A stretch of DNA of 64,000 nucleotides from Candidatus Multivoradales bacterium (GCA_965223325.1 CBDCWI010000002.1:512001-576000), one strand, 5' to 3'. Numbered from the stretch's first letter, positions 18,335 through 28,756 are shown. The notes: generated by a model not told the origin, from the sequence alone. Numbers and translations are program-made.

Positions 18335-20488
18335 CTAGGGCCGACTCTGAGCCCGGTCGATGACGTAGGCACGGACTGCCTGCGTGTCCTCCGGGCTCAG
18401 AACGTCGGCGAACGAGGCCATGCCGCGGGCCTCGAAACGACCGTCGAGTACGATCTCCTCGAAGTTGTCGAACACCGCCCTGCGTGAGTAGCGAAGGTCG
18501 CTGATCAAACCGTTCGACTCGAGCGCACCACCGTGGCAGACCGCGCAGAACTCCGAGTACAGCACTTCACCGGTCGCAATCTGCTCCGGCGAACCGAACG
18601 GCTCAGGTAGAGGTCCGGCGGCGTCGGCCTTTCGTTCGACCACCGGCATCTCGGCAGTTCCGTCGAGCCGATAGGTGAGCACCCGCCCCGGGTTGAGGTG
18701 GGTCTTGGCGATTGCCTTGGCACCGCCGCCGACACCGCCCCAGCCAGCGACCACGGTGATGTGCTGGATTTCGTCTGCCTGCCACGCGATCGGCGGTGCG
18801 ATGATGCCGACGTTCGGACTGCTCTCCCAGAGCTTCTCACCGTCGCTGGCACGGTAGGCAGAGAACTTGCCGTCGGCGGTGCCCTGGAAAATGAGATTCC
18901 CAGCCGTGGACAGCAGCCCACCGTTCGAGCGCGAGGGTTGTTCGACGCGCCACGCCTCACGGCCGGCCACCGGATCCCACGCCTGCAGAAAACCCTGCGC
19001 TTCGGGCACCTCGAAGGCAGCACGACTTGCTTCGTCGCGCGCCGTACCGAGGTTCCACGCTCCGGGTGTGTATTCGAAGTCCTTGGCCAGGCCGTAGACC
19101 GAACCGCGCCGGTGCATGGGGATGTAGACCAGGCCGGTCTGGGGGCTAAACGCCATCGGCTGCCAGTTGTGCGCCCCACCCGGACTCGGGAAGATCAGCC
19201 GCGGCTCTTCGTCGTAGTTGCCGCCCGGAAGCTCGACCGGCCGGCCGGTGGCCATATCGACATGGCTCGCCCAGGTCAGATAGCCGAACTTCTCGGCTGA
19301 CAGGAGCTCCCCGGTCTCTCGGTCGATGACGTAGAAGAAGCCGTTCTTGGGCGCCTGCATGAGCACCCGACGGAGTTTGCCGGAGATCTCGAGGTCGGCG
19401 AGGATGATGTTCTGGGTGGCCGTGTAGTCCCAGTTGTCACCGGGTGTCGTCTGGTAGTGCCATACCAGGGAGCCGTCGCTGGGTGAGAGCGCCAGAATCG
19501 ACGACAGGTACAGGTTGTCGCCGCCGCCCGGGCTCCGCCAGGCCCGCGCCCAGGGGGTGCCGTTGCCGGTGCCGACGTAGAGCAGATCGAGGTCAGGGTC
19601 GTAGGCCATGCCGTCCCAGACAGTGCCGCCACCACCGACGACCCACCACTCACCCTTCCAGGTCGACGCGGCGCGTTCCATGGCCGCGTTTTCGAAACCG
19701 TCGGCCGGATTGCCGGGCACGGTATAGAAGCGCCACAGAAGTTCGCCATCCTCGCTGTCATAGGCGGACACGTACCCACGCACACCGTACTCCGCACCCC
19801 CATTGCCGATGATCACCCGCTTGCCGATGACCCGCGGTGCACCGGTGATGGTGTACGGACGCTCACGGTCGACGGTAAGAACCTCCCAGGCGACTTCGCC
19901 GGTCGCCGCTTCGAGCTTGACCAACCGGCCATCGAGCGTCCCGAGGAAGACGTGCTCTCTTGAGATCGCTACGCCGCGGTTGACGACATCGCAACAGGCG
20001 TAGCGACCCCACTCCCCCGGCACGTCGGGATCGTAGATCCACAAGAGCTCACCGGTCATGGCGTCGAGTGCGTGCACGCCGGACCAGGGAGTGGTGACGA
20101 ACATCTGACCGTCGGCAACGATCGGCGTCGCTTCGTGACCTCTGGTACGCCCGGTGTCGTATGACCAGGCGAGCCCAAGGCGCGAGACGTTGCTCTCGTC
20201 GATCTGGGTGAGCGGCGAGTGACGTTGCTCACTGTAGTTGCGCCCATGCGTGAGCCAGCTGCCCGGTTCGTCGTCGGCAGCCAGTAGACGGGCGCCGGTG
20301 ACGCCAGACTCGGGACCGGTGGCAGCCGCCGGCTCGACGGCCGAGGGTTCTTGAGCTTCAGGTGGCGCGCAGCCGAGGAGGCCAGCGACGCCGAGGCCGA
20401 GGGCAACGGTGAGGAAGAAGGACACCCTTCCGGATGCCGAGCGGTATCGGAACAAATCGAGCTGGCGAACGCACCGATCAATCGTCAT
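18335..20488 (-). CDS. PQQ-dependent quinohemoprotein (type II) alcohol dehydrogenase, lipoprotein
   Basis: Vicinal cysteines ACCDVVNRG, GNGGAEYGVRG, NWDYTA (no lanthanide-type DxD), C-terminal CAVCH heme c motif, LLG-C lipobox. Start uncertain. Confidence 0.92.
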   Translation of the reverse strand: MTIDRCVRQLDLFRYRSASGRVSFFLTVALGLGVAGLLGCAPPEAQEPSAVEPAAATGPESGVTGARLLAADDEPGSWLTHGRNYSEQRHSPLTQIDESNVSRLGLAWSYDTGRTRGHEATPIVADGQMFVTTPWSGVHALDAMTGELLWIYDPDVPGEWGRYACCDVVNRGVAISREHVFLGTLDGRLVKLEAATGEVAWEVLTVDRERPYTITGAPRVIGKRVIIGNGGAEYGVRGYVSAYDSEDGELLWRFYTVPGNPADGFENAAMERAASTWKGEWWVVGGGGTVWDGMAYDPDLDLLYVGTGNGTPWARAWRSPGGGDNLYLSSILALSPSDGSLVWHYQTTPGDNWDYTATQNIILADLEISGKLRRVLMQAPKNGFFYVIDRETGELLSAEKFGYLTWASHVDMATGRPVELPGGNYDEEPRLIFPSPGGAHNWQPMAFSPQTGLVYIPMHRRGSVYGLAKDFEYTPGAWNLGTARDEASRAAFEVPEAQGFLQAWDPVAGREAWRVEQPSRSNGGLLSTAGNLIFQGTADGKFSAYRASDGEKLWESSPNVGIIAPPIAWQADEIQHITVVAGWGGVGGGAKAIAKTHLNPGRVLTYRLDGTAEMPVVERKADAAGPLPEPFGSPEQIATGEVLYSEFCAVCHGGALESNGLISDLRYSRRAVFDNFEEIVLDGRFEARGMASFADVLSPEDTQAVRAYVIDRAQSRP

Positions 20489-20534
20489 GACAGGTAGGCC
20501 CCCAAGGGGAAGAGTTGGTCTTCGGATGAATCGT

Positions 20535-21512
20535 CTAGGAGAGAAAGGCCAGTGTACGATCTGCGGCGCGATCGGGATGTTCAATGTGCACGAAATGTCC
20601 ACAGTCGTCCCAGACTTCGACCGGTGTTCCCGGCGGCAGATACTGAGGCACCTCAGCCGGATCGGTGCCCCAACCCATCGGCTCGTTGATCTTCCCGAGG
20701 ATCACCATCATCGGTACCCGGATGTCGGCCAGACCGCGAAGGCCCCACTCCGGGCGCCAGGGACCGGGAACCATCATCTGGACGTGGGGATCGAGCTTCC
20801 AGCGCCAACCCTCGGGCGACCAGCGGGCGCCCACCGTCACAAGGTAGCGCAACCACTCCATGCTCGAGCGGGGGTTCATCCGCAAGCGCCGTTCGGCCAG
20901 TTCGTCGAGCGTTCCGGGACGGCGCTCCCTGGTTGCCATAGCCCGCCGACTGTCGAGGTATCGCTTCAGCCAGGCGGCCCTGCCCTCGACCCGTTCTTCG
21001 AGCGCTAGACCACGACTCCGCGAGCCCGACGACGCCTTAGGCACGCCGTCGATGTTGACCAGGTGGCTGAAACGCTCTGGGCGGGCGCCCACCAGGTGCG
21101 ACAACAAACCGCCGCCTTTGGAATGACCGACTGCTCGCACCGGTCGTTGCCCGACCGAGTCGAGCGCCGCTAGCGCGTCCCGACAGTCGGCACTCCAGCT
21201 GTAAAGGGCCGCGCGCGCCGAGTCGCCGTGCCCGCGATGGTCCCAGGAAACCACGCGGTAGCCCGCCGAAGCCAGACGCGGCGCGAAGCCATCGAAGGTG
21301 CGGGCGAAGTCCGCTCCGCCATGCGCGAGGAAGATCACGGGCGCCTCCGGGTCACCCCATTCGTAGACCGCCAGGTCGACTCCCGCGCTGTCGACCCTCT
21401 GCACGCGGTCGGGGGGACGGGTTCCGGGAAAGCGGTGCTGGGCGATCGCCTCGGTCACCGCTGCCTCATCGTGCGCGTCCTCGGCACCCTCTTTCAATGT
21501 GTCGGTCCCCAT
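20535..21512 (-). CDS. Alpha/beta hydrolase
   Basis: LAHGGAD, WDHRGHGDS, GHSKGG nucleophile, GHFVHIE catalytic His. Confidence 0.88.
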   Translation of the reverse strand: MGTDTLKEGAEDAHDEAAVTEAIAQHRFPGTRPPDRVQRVDSAGVDLAVYEWGDPEAPVIFLAHGGADFARTFDGFAPRLASAGYRVVSWDHRGHGDSARAALYSWSADCRDALAALDSVGQRPVRAVGHSKGGGLLSHLVGARPERFSHLVNIDGVPKASSGSRSRGLALEERVEGRAAWLKRYLDSRRAMATRERRPGTLDELAERRLRMNPRSSMEWLRYLVTVGARWSPEGWRWKLDPHVQMMVPGPWRPEWGLRGLADIRVPMMVILGKINEPMGWGTDPAEVPQYLPPGTPVEVWDDCGHFVHIEHPDRAADRTLAFLS

Positions 21513-21597
21513 CTTCTTCTCGTGATCTTTGTTCCGCTGTCGAGCGAGCCTAGCCGAAGAGTGGTGCGCGGCCCCGTTCCAGAATAGATTGCTCGAG

Positions 21598-22722
21598 ATG
21601 AACCGTCACCCACGCCCATTCCGCCGCCCAGTTAGAAGACGTCGGCTGCACCGGCTAGCGCTTCTCTTGGCGCCCGGTCTCCTGATGCTCTCCTGCGGTC
21701 GCAACACCGAACCTCAGTCGCAGGCAACAATCAGAGGTGCGGCAATGGGTACCAGCTGGTCGGCCATCCTGATCACCGAGGAACCGCAGGACGCCTCGAC
21801 CCTGGCGAGCCTACAGGCCGCGGTGGTTCTCGAGATCGACCGACTCGAGGACATCCTCTCGACCTGGCGACCAGAATCTGATCTCTCCCGGTGGAACGAC
21901 ACCTCCTCGACTGAACCCCAACAGGTGCCGGAAGAGCTGGTCGCGGTCGTTCGTGTTGCTCTAGCGGTCGCGCAGGCCTCTGGGGGCGCGCTCGATCCAA
22001 CCGTGGCACCCGCTGTCGAGGCCTGGGGGTTCGCCGCCAGCGCACCGCAACCCACACCGCCCACCGAAGGAGGCCTGGCGCTCCTCCAGGAACGCATTGG
22101 GTTCGAGCGGGTGACGACTGGGAGTACCACGCTCTCGAAGTCGCACCCGGAGCTGACCCTCGACTTGTCGGCGATCGCCAAGGGCTGGGCCGTTGACCGG
22201 GTTTCCGACCTCCTGGTCGCGCGCGGCTACCGTGACACCCTGGTTGAGATCGGCGGCGAGCTGGTGGCCAGGGGCGAGAACGCAGCCGGCCACCCCTGGC
22301 AGTTGGCGATCGAACGACCGGTACGCAAGAGGAGCCAGCGACCAGCCGGGCTCGAACCCATCGAACGTGCGATCCATACGGTCATCGGCATGAGAGACGG
22401 TGCCCTGGCCACCTCTGGCGACTACCGCAATTGGCGAATCATCGGCGGTAAACGCGTCTCGCACACCATCGATCCACGCACCCTGCACCCGATCAGGCAT
22501 CGTCTGGCTTCGGTCAGTGTAATGGCGCAAGACTGCGCCACGGCCGACGCCTGGGCGACGGCACTCAACGTCATGGGGCCGAGACACGGCTTCGAGATGG
22601 CCAAGCACCACAAGATCGCCGCCTTCTTCCTCACCTACACGGACGACACCCGCCAGCAGGTCGAGGTCTGGCGATCACCCGAGTGGATCAGGCGAGTGGA
22701 TGAGCGAGCCGCGCAAGAGTAG
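21598..22722 (+). CDS. apbE: FAD:protein FMN transferase
   Basis: AMGT, LDPTV, DLSAIAKGWAVD, VEIGGE, ATSGDY, HTIDPRT, ADAWAT; lipobox LSC. Confidence 0.93.
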   Translation: MNRHPRPFRRPVRRRRLHRLALLLAPGLLMLSCGRNTEPQSQATIRGAAMGTSWSAILITEEPQDASTLASLQAAVVLEIDRLEDILSTWRPESDLSRWNDTSSTEPQQVPEELVAVVRVALAVAQASGGALDPTVAPAVEAWGFAASAPQPTPPTEGGLALLQERIGFERVTTGSTTLSKSHPELTLDLSAIAKGWAVDRVSDLLVARGYRDTLVEIGGELVARGENAAGHPWQLAIERPVRKRSQRPAGLEPIERAIHTVIGMRDGALATSGDYRNWRIIGGKRVSHTIDPRTLHPIRHRLASVSVMAQDCATADAWATALNVMGPRHGFEMAKHHKIAAFFLTYTDDTRQQVEVWRSPEWIRRVDERAAQE

Positions 22723-22765
22723 TGGGCTCGCCGGGGCAGCGAGGCCGCTGGTAGAATCAAACCTC

Positions 22766-22960
22766 ATGGGACTCCTTTTGATCACCATAGTTCTCATCGG
22801 CCTCCTGGTCGTCGGGATGTCCATCGGGACCATCCTCCAGGGCCGTTGTCTAAGGGGCAGCTGCGGTGGGCCCGAGGTCCTCGGACCTGACGGTGAGTCA
22901 CTTTCCTGTGCGACCTGCCCAATGAAGAAGCTGCGCGAAAACGCTGGTGAAGCTACCTGA
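22766..22960 (+). CDS. nqrM: NqrM (DUF539)-like small membrane Cys protein
   Basis: N-terminal TM, GMSIG..LRGSCGG, CATCP; lies directly after apbE as in nqr loci. Confidence 0.72.
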   Translation: MGLLLITIVLIGLLVVGMSIGTILQGRCLRGSCGGPEVLGPDGESLSCATCPMKKLRENAGEAT

Positions 22961-22988
22961 CAGCGGTCTGGCGTCGGTCCGCGTCCTG

Positions 22989-23591
22989 TCAAGCGAGCAC
23001 GTCGCGTAGCCAGTCCCGCAGCCCGTCGAGTTCACGGCGCAGAATCGTGGCGTCGGCCAGGGCCTGACTCACCAACGAGGCGCCCTGCGTACGGGCGAGA
23101 AAGTGCACCGCGAGGTTGTGCGCTTCCTTTTTCCTACCGGCAGCGCGAAACTGTGCCGCCAACCACTCGAGCTGCAGCACGAAGAGCTTCTCCGCCCAGC
23201 CCTCGAAACGCCCATCGAGCTTTTCGAGCTCCTGGTTGAGACCGCCGAGCGGACAGCCGTGTTGTGAAACGTTCTCGCAGTTGGCCGCCAGGTTGTCGAG
23301 TAGCCGCTCGACTCTCGCCCGCGGCGTGGTCGCCGTCTCCGAGTCGGCGATGATCTCGTTCACTGTGTCGAGATGGCGATCGATGACCGCCCGCACGAGC
23401 TCGTCTTTGGTTTTGAAGTAGTAGTAGACGTTGCCAAGCGGAACTCCGGAGGACTCGGCCACATTCGCCAGGGTCGTCGCCGAGTAGCCGCGACGGTGGA
23501 TTTCAGAACTCGCCGCCGCGATCAGGCGCTCCCTCTTGGTGAGCTCGCGGGTCTCGGCGCCACGTTCGCTGGCGGTGTCTGGAAGGCTCAT
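22989..23591 (-). CDS. TetR/AcrR family regulator
   Basis: GYSATTLANVAESSGVPLGNVYYYFKTKDEL HTH; GCP motif. Confidence 0.92.
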   Translation of the reverse strand: MSLPDTASERGAETRELTKRERLIAAASSEIHRRGYSATTLANVAESSGVPLGNVYYYFKTKDELVRAVIDRHLDTVNEIIADSETATTPRARVERLLDNLAANCENVSQHGCPLGGLNQELEKLDGRFEGWAEKLFVLQLEWLAAQFRAAGRKKEAHNLAVHFLARTQGASLVSQALADATILRRELDGLRDWLRDVLA

Positions 23592-23603
23592 GACAACTCT
23601 CGC

Positions 23604-24494
23604 TCAGGGACCGCTTGGAGACCCTGGAGACCATTCTAGTCTCTGTCTCTCTGACAGCCGCCACGAACCCGTCCGGCGGGCGCGCTCGAGCGGTAGACGG
23701 TAGCCGAGAGTCAGGTGCCCCATTCCGGTCCCATACTCGTTGTTGGTCCACGAGAAGAGAATCTGGTCACAGAGCACCACTCCGATCTCGACGCTCGGTG
23801 CAAGGCTCTCGATCCAGGGTTCGACGACGTCGTACTCCGCCCAACTCGCCCGCACACCGAGCATCGCCTGAAGCTCTAACCAGGTCGTCGCGTTCCAACT
23901 CCAGGCCGCGCCGAGCTCCAGCCACTGTTGATAGCCCTGCGCGATCCGCAGGTCGACCCGGGTCTCGAGCGTATGGCGGCTCGTCATCGGGAACCACTTC
24001 CTGAAGTCGAACCCGAGGACCGGGAAGTGGTCGTTGCTGGCGACGTACTCGAGGGTCACCTCGTCGTCGCCAATCGCACGATGGAGAGCGTTCTGTAGGT
24101 TCTCGCCAGCGAGGCCTCGGCCCGCCCGCACCGCGCCACCGAAGAGGTCGAGCTTCCAGTCCGAGCCGGTGAGGCGTTGGCCGAGCAACAACCACGATTC
24201 GTCGTAGCGCACTCCGGCCTCGGTGTCGGTGAACAGGTTCTCTTCGAAGGTAAGGGTTCCGCGACCGAGTCGAGCGTTGTGAATGCGGAGCTGCTCGAAG
24301 TCGATGGTCAGGCCAATCCCTCCGGTGTACAGGTCGTCGGAGCGCGAGTTACCGGCGAGGAAATCGTTCCCGGTACGCAAGTGCACCGTGTTCTGGGCCA
24401 GGAGCGGGGCTCCGACGAGAATCCCCGTCTGAAGAAGCACCGCCGCCATCAGCGATGCTGCGACCCGCGAATGCCCTGATTTGTTGATCTTCAT
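23604..24494 (-). CDS. Outer-membrane beta-barrel, LpxR (lipid A deacylase)/DUF2219-like
   Basis: Signal peptide, NDF..DDLYTGG, LQNALH motif, amphipathic strands. Start uncertain. Confidence 0.6.
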   Translation of the reverse strand: MKINKSGHSRVAASLMAAVLLQTGILVGAPLLAQNTVHLRTGNDFLAGNSRSDDLYTGGIGLTIDFEQLRIHNARLGRGTLTFEENLFTDTEAGVRYDESWLLLGQRLTGSDWKLDLFGGAVRAGRGLAGENLQNALHRAIGDDEVTLEYVASNDHFPVLGFDFRKWFPMTSRHTLETRVDLRIAQGYQQWLELGAAWSWNATTWLELQAMLGVRASWAEYDVVEPWIESLAPSVEIGVVLCDQILFSWTNNEYGTGMGHLTLGYRLPLERARRTGSWRLSERQRLEWSPGSPSGP

Positions 24495-24818
24495 CCCTAC
24501 TCCCACCAGCTGGTCTGCTTTCATGGGTATAAGCCAGTTAACTAACTCATACGGAGAAAGAACCGGGACGGTTTCATGGACCATCGAAGAAACATGAGCC
24601 TCCTCGCGCCGCCCGATCCGGTCCCGCCCCGCGGCCAAACCCACTCCGGGCGCTCGCTCCTCACTGTTTGGAACGCAGCCGACCATAAGAAACCGCCACA
24701 TCCGGTCGGGCCGGTCTGGCGCTCCTGTTCGCTCACCCGGAGGTTTCCACTAGGCTCGGCACCTTCCCCCTTTAGGGACATGTGTTCCCCATCTCCGCTA
24801 ACCACCTCGGAACCACCT

Positions 24819-25949
24819 GTGGATTCGCTGTTCTCTTTGCTCTCGACCGAAACCTGGACCTGGCTTGGCATTGTCTTCTGCCTGTCGCAGTCGGCGATGT
24901 TCTCGGGACTCAACCTGGCCTTCTTCTCGGTCGGCAGGCTACGGCTCGAGGCAGAAGCAGAGAACGGCAATCACGCGGCGCAACGCGTCCTGCGGCTCCG
25001 CGAAGACGCCAACTTTCTCCTCTGCACCATCCTGTGGGGCAACGTTTCGGTGAACGTGCTCCTTGCGCTACTGAGCGAATCCGTTCTGGCAGGAGCCGGT
25101 GCGTTCGCCTTCTCAACCATCGGTATCACCGTCTTCGGCGAGATCATGCCGCAGGCCTATTTCTCTCGCCACGCCATCCGTGTTGGCGCCCTCCTGGCAC
25201 CAGTGATCCGCCTGTACCAGGCGCTACTGTTCGTGGTCGCCAAGCCAACAGCAATCGTGCTCGATGGCTGGGTGGGTCCTGAGGGCCCCACCTTCCTCCG
25301 CGAACGCGACATGGAGGTCATTCTGCAGAAACACATTCGCGAGGCGGACTCGGAAATCGGTGCAACGGAAGGGCGCGGCGCCCTGAACTTCCTCAACCTC
25401 GACGACCGCCTGATCATCGAGGAAGGAGTGGAGATCGACCCCGAAACGGTGCACTCCTTCCCCTCCAAGCTCGACCTTCCGATGATTCCAGCGGCCGGCG
25501 ACGAGGGCGCGGTCGAGTTCATCGAGGCACTGAAGAACTGCGAGCTGAAGTGGACGATCGTCACCGACGAGACCGACATTCCGCAGTTGGTTCTCGAAAC
25601 CGACTCCTACCTGCGCGACGTGCTTTCCGGCCTACGGAATGCCGACCCGTACCGCCACTGTCATCGCCCTATCGTAGTCACCGACCCGGCAGTGACCCTC
25701 GACGAAGTGCTCGGACAGTTCGTCGTCGAGGCAGACCATGGTCAAGATCACGTCATCGATCGCGACGTGGTGATCTTCTGGAGCGATGATCGACGCCGCA
25801 TCGTGACCGGAGCTGACATTCTCGGCCGCCTTCTGCAGGGTATCGCCACGCGAACCGCCAACCGCACTGCTCCCGACTCGCCCGCGGAGGCGCAACGAGC
25901 CTTTGAACCGGATCCGGGTCGTGAGCCTCGGCTGAAGGGAAGCGCCTGA
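24819..25949 (+). CDS. DUF21/CNNM transmembrane-domain protein
   Basis: SAMFSGLNLAFFS, LLCTILWGNVSVN, FGEIMPQAYF; GTG start inferred. Confidence 0.85.
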   Translation: MDSLFSLLSTETWTWLGIVFCLSQSAMFSGLNLAFFSVGRLRLEAEAENGNHAAQRVLRLREDANFLLCTILWGNVSVNVLLALLSESVLAGAGAFAFSTIGITVFGEIMPQAYFSRHAIRVGALLAPVIRLYQALLFVVAKPTAIVLDGWVGPEGPTFLRERDMEVILQKHIREADSEIGATEGRGALNFLNLDDRLIIEEGVEIDPETVHSFPSKLDLPMIPAAGDEGAVEFIEALKNCELKWTIVTDETDIPQLVLETDSYLRDVLSGLRNADPYRHCHRPIVVTDPAVTLDEVLGQFVVEADHGQDHVIDRDVVIFWSDDRRRIVTGADILGRLLQGIATRTANRTAPDSPAEAQRAFEPDPGREPRLKGSA

Positions 25950-26004
25950 CCTGTGCTCCTCGGGGAACCCCACTCGAGTCCGGTGTGTGATCGAGAAGGG
26001 GAAC

Positions 26005-28491
26005 TCAGAGTCTCTGCTGCGGCTGCCAACCCATCGCCTGCGCAGCCTGTATTCCCTGATTGGCAAACACGATCTCTTCGCGCTCCAGCCAGAAGGCGAG
26101 CGCCCGCAGGACGCGAAACTGTGGTGCACGAACGCGCTCCTCGATGGTCGCCAGATCGGCGCCGGACCGCAGGACAGTCCACAGGTCGTTGAGCAGCATT
26201 CCGTCCGGCTCGCCACGCGGAATTGTCGGCTTGGCCACCACCGGGATCATGGGCAGGGTGCTGGCGAGGGCCATGCGTAGACCAGGTCGTGCTTCGTAGC
26301 GGCGCAGACCTTCACCGATCAAACTGTCGAGATTCTCCTTGCGGGAACTCGCTGTGTCCTTCGAAGCAATGTCTTTCGCGAGGGCGCGAAATGGCGCCTC
26401 GAAGAAGCGCCACTCACCTTGGAGTGGCTGCTCGAGCAGAGCATAGAGCGCCTCACTGCCAGTCGAACGACCGCATGCCGCGGCCAGAAAACACCCGTTC
26501 TCGAACTGCACTCGGCCGCGCAGAGCGCCGTTTCCAAGATCGAGGAAGAGCTCACCGGAACGCCCGGCCTCAAACCTCTGGAAGAGGCCGGGCAAAGCAT
26601 AGGGAGCCACCTCGCCGTGCTCCGGTTCGGCTGTCTGGGCGGCGACGGGGCTCGGCTGGTTCGAAAGCGATGCCGCGAGATCGGCCGCTGCCACCGCCAG
26701 TTCCTGGTTCCCACCAGCCCGCAGGTCGTCGAGCAGGCCGAAGACTTCCGGTGAGGGAGTGCGCTTGAGCGCCGTGAGCAGGCTGCGGACGGCCTGCGCG
26801 TCAGCCCGGGGCAGGCGCCTTACTCTACCCAGGAGGCCGGGAGCGCGGAGTCGGTTGCGAACCGCGCGCACCAGAAGCGCCACCGTCTCGGGTTCGGTCG
26901 ACAGGTTCTTGCTTCCCAGCTGGGCAAGCGGCGCCGAATAGTCGAAGCGCTCGAAGTCGGAGACGATGCGTGTGATCGCCGAACGTCGGGCCTCCGGACG
27001 GCCAGACTTGATGAGGATCTCGAGGGCGAGTACCCAGAGACGTCTGGTCTCGGCCGCCGTCTCGCAGTCGTCCACCTCGGCGAGGGCAGCCGAAAGCTCA
27101 TCCAGCTTCTCTTCGAGCAGGCCCTCGGCGAGGGCACTTCTCTGCTCGCCAAGAAACAGCACCACCTCGCGCTGGAGTTGCGTTGCCCGGTCGCAACCAC
27201 CGAAACCGGCGACCAGGCGAATCTCGGCCCGGCGCCGGGCGATCGACTGGACGTGATCGCTCTGGGTGTGGCGCACGATGTGGATCAGGTTGCGCAGCAC
27301 CCACCAGCGGAGCGGGCGCCTTCGGGTCCGCTGCGCCTGGCGGCGCAGCACCTGGAGCGCCTCGTCGCGAATGCTCTCGCCATGCATGAGTGCCAGCTCA
27401 ATGAGACGGCCACGCTCGGCGCGTCTGTCCTCTCGCGCCAGCTGCTTGATCAACGCCCGTGCGTCATAGCCAGGCACATGAGACATCAACTCACTGATCG
27501 CTATGTGCTGACGGTGGCGACGAAAGGCATTGTCAAAGGCCGCGAGCTCGATGTCACCGAGCGCCTTCCGGCGCAGCACGGCGCGCTGGCGACGATCTTC
27601 CACTGCCAGCGCCAGTACCTCGTCGGTGATGTCGAAGGCCAGGGTCGCGCGCCCGATTTCACCTCGCAGCAGGCTGGCCGCCGCCGCCTGCAGCAAGAGG
27701 TCGATGCGCGCATGTGAAAGCTGGCCTGGGAGCGAGTGACGGGCGAACCGATCGCCGATCCTGAAACCCTGATGCGCACCAACGAAGCACCGCACGACCC
27801 GGCGAACGCCGGTCGCTGTGTGATGTCTCACCCTACGCCCCCGGACTTCCCAGTCAGGCAGAGCGCCGACGAGCTCTTCTGCTACCTGCTCTTCGGTCGC
27901 TCCGAGGCGCGACAAGACCTCGCGTACGACGTCGAGCTCTCCGCGCTCGAGGGCAACACCCGCCACTTCGACCAACTTCGCCGAGGACATCGCCTGGGCA
28001 ACCGCCATCGAGAGAACCGCGGCTGGTTTGACCTCCTGAACCAGTGCCACGCCGGAAAGGAGCGCCGAGGACTGCATCGCCTCAACCGCCGAGGCGTCGA
28101 GGCCTTCGAGTTGCGCCTGCATCTGGGAGCGTCGGTCCGCTGGACAAGCGTTGACGCACATCGTCCGGACGCGACTGAGGTCGGTCGAAAAACCGCGCGC
28201 CTCGACGCGCACGAGAACCGGCAGGTGGGCGAGGTCTTCGAGAGCCTCGACAATGTACGCATCGACCGGCCGCCCACCGTGCACGGCCTTCTCGTGCGCC
28301 CACGCCAGCAGACTGCCCACCAGATCGGCCGAGTCCTCGCGCAGATCGGTCAAGAGGCGCCCTGCGGCGGCGGCGTCGCGACGAACGGCGTCTAGATAGT
28401 CTCGGAGAACGGCCCCCGTGTGAAGAGCACCTGGCTCTAGGGCGAGGGTCGAAGGGCAAGGGGAGGGCCGGCTGACGGCAGCAGAAGACAT
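26005..28491 (-). CDS. Large helical-repeat protein with C-terminal DUF4388 (PatA-N)-like domain
   Basis: HEAT-like WWVLRNLIHI; C-terminal LPGLFQRFEAGRSGELFL...GRVQFENG..GSEALYALL. GAGGA RBS before ATG 28491. Confidence 0.65.
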   Translation of the reverse strand: MSSAAVSRPSPCPSTLALEPGALHTGAVLRDYLDAVRRDAAAAGRLLTDLREDSADLVGSLLAWAHEKAVHGGRPVDAYIVEALEDLAHLPVLVRVEARGFSTDLSRVRTMCVNACPADRRSQMQAQLEGLDASAVEAMQSSALLSGVALVQEVKPAAVLSMAVAQAMSSAKLVEVAGVALERGELDVVREVLSRLGATEEQVAEELVGALPDWEVRGRRVRHHTATGVRRVVRCFVGAHQGFRIGDRFARHSLPGQLSHARIDLLLQAAAASLLRGEIGRATLAFDITDEVLALAVEDRRQRAVLRRKALGDIELAAFDNAFRRHRQHIAISELMSHVPGYDARALIKQLAREDRRAERGRLIELALMHGESIRDEALQVLRRQAQRTRRRPLRWWVLRNLIHIVRHTQSDHVQSIARRRAEIRLVAGFGGCDRATQLQREVVLFLGEQRSALAEGLLEEKLDELSAALAEVDDCETAAETRRLWVLALEILIKSGRPEARRSAITRIVSDFERFDYSAPLAQLGSKNLSTEPETVALLVRAVRNRLRAPGLLGRVRRLPRADAQAVRSLLTALKRTPSPEVFGLLDDLRAGGNQELAVAAADLAASLSNQPSPVAAQTAEPEHGEVAPYALPGLFQRFEAGRSGELFLDLGNGALRGRVQFENGCFLAAACGRSTGSEALYALLEQPLQGEWRFFEAPFRALAKDIASKDTASSRKENLDSLIGEGLRRYEARPGLRMALASTLPMIPVVAKPTIPRGEPDGMLLNDLWTVLRSGADLATIEERVRAPQFRVLRALAFWLEREEIVFANQGIQAAQAMGWQPQQRL

Positions 28492-28756
28492 CCAGGATTC
28501 CTCGCAGCAATGACAACAAAGAGGGGCACAGGTTTCACTGGGTGCACGCCTCATGCCAGCAAAACCTAGGAAATCATCGCCCGTTTTTTTCGTTACAAGA
28601 GGAATCAAGAGTGTCATGGCTCTATGAATTTCTTTTATCTCTCCCGTTCCGTATCGACTCGAAACGAGCGTTGCCGACCGGGTCGCCGCCGGAGAGGGCG
28701 ACGGACGCTCCATCGGTCGCGCGTCTTCTGCCTGCACCCGATGGTCGATCACCAAC

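Noticed and set aside
18335-20488. Lanthanide-dependent dehydrogenase
   Set aside because: The active-site motif is D-Y-T, lacking the extra Asp of XoxF/ExaF/PedH; it fits a Ca-type quinohemoprotein.
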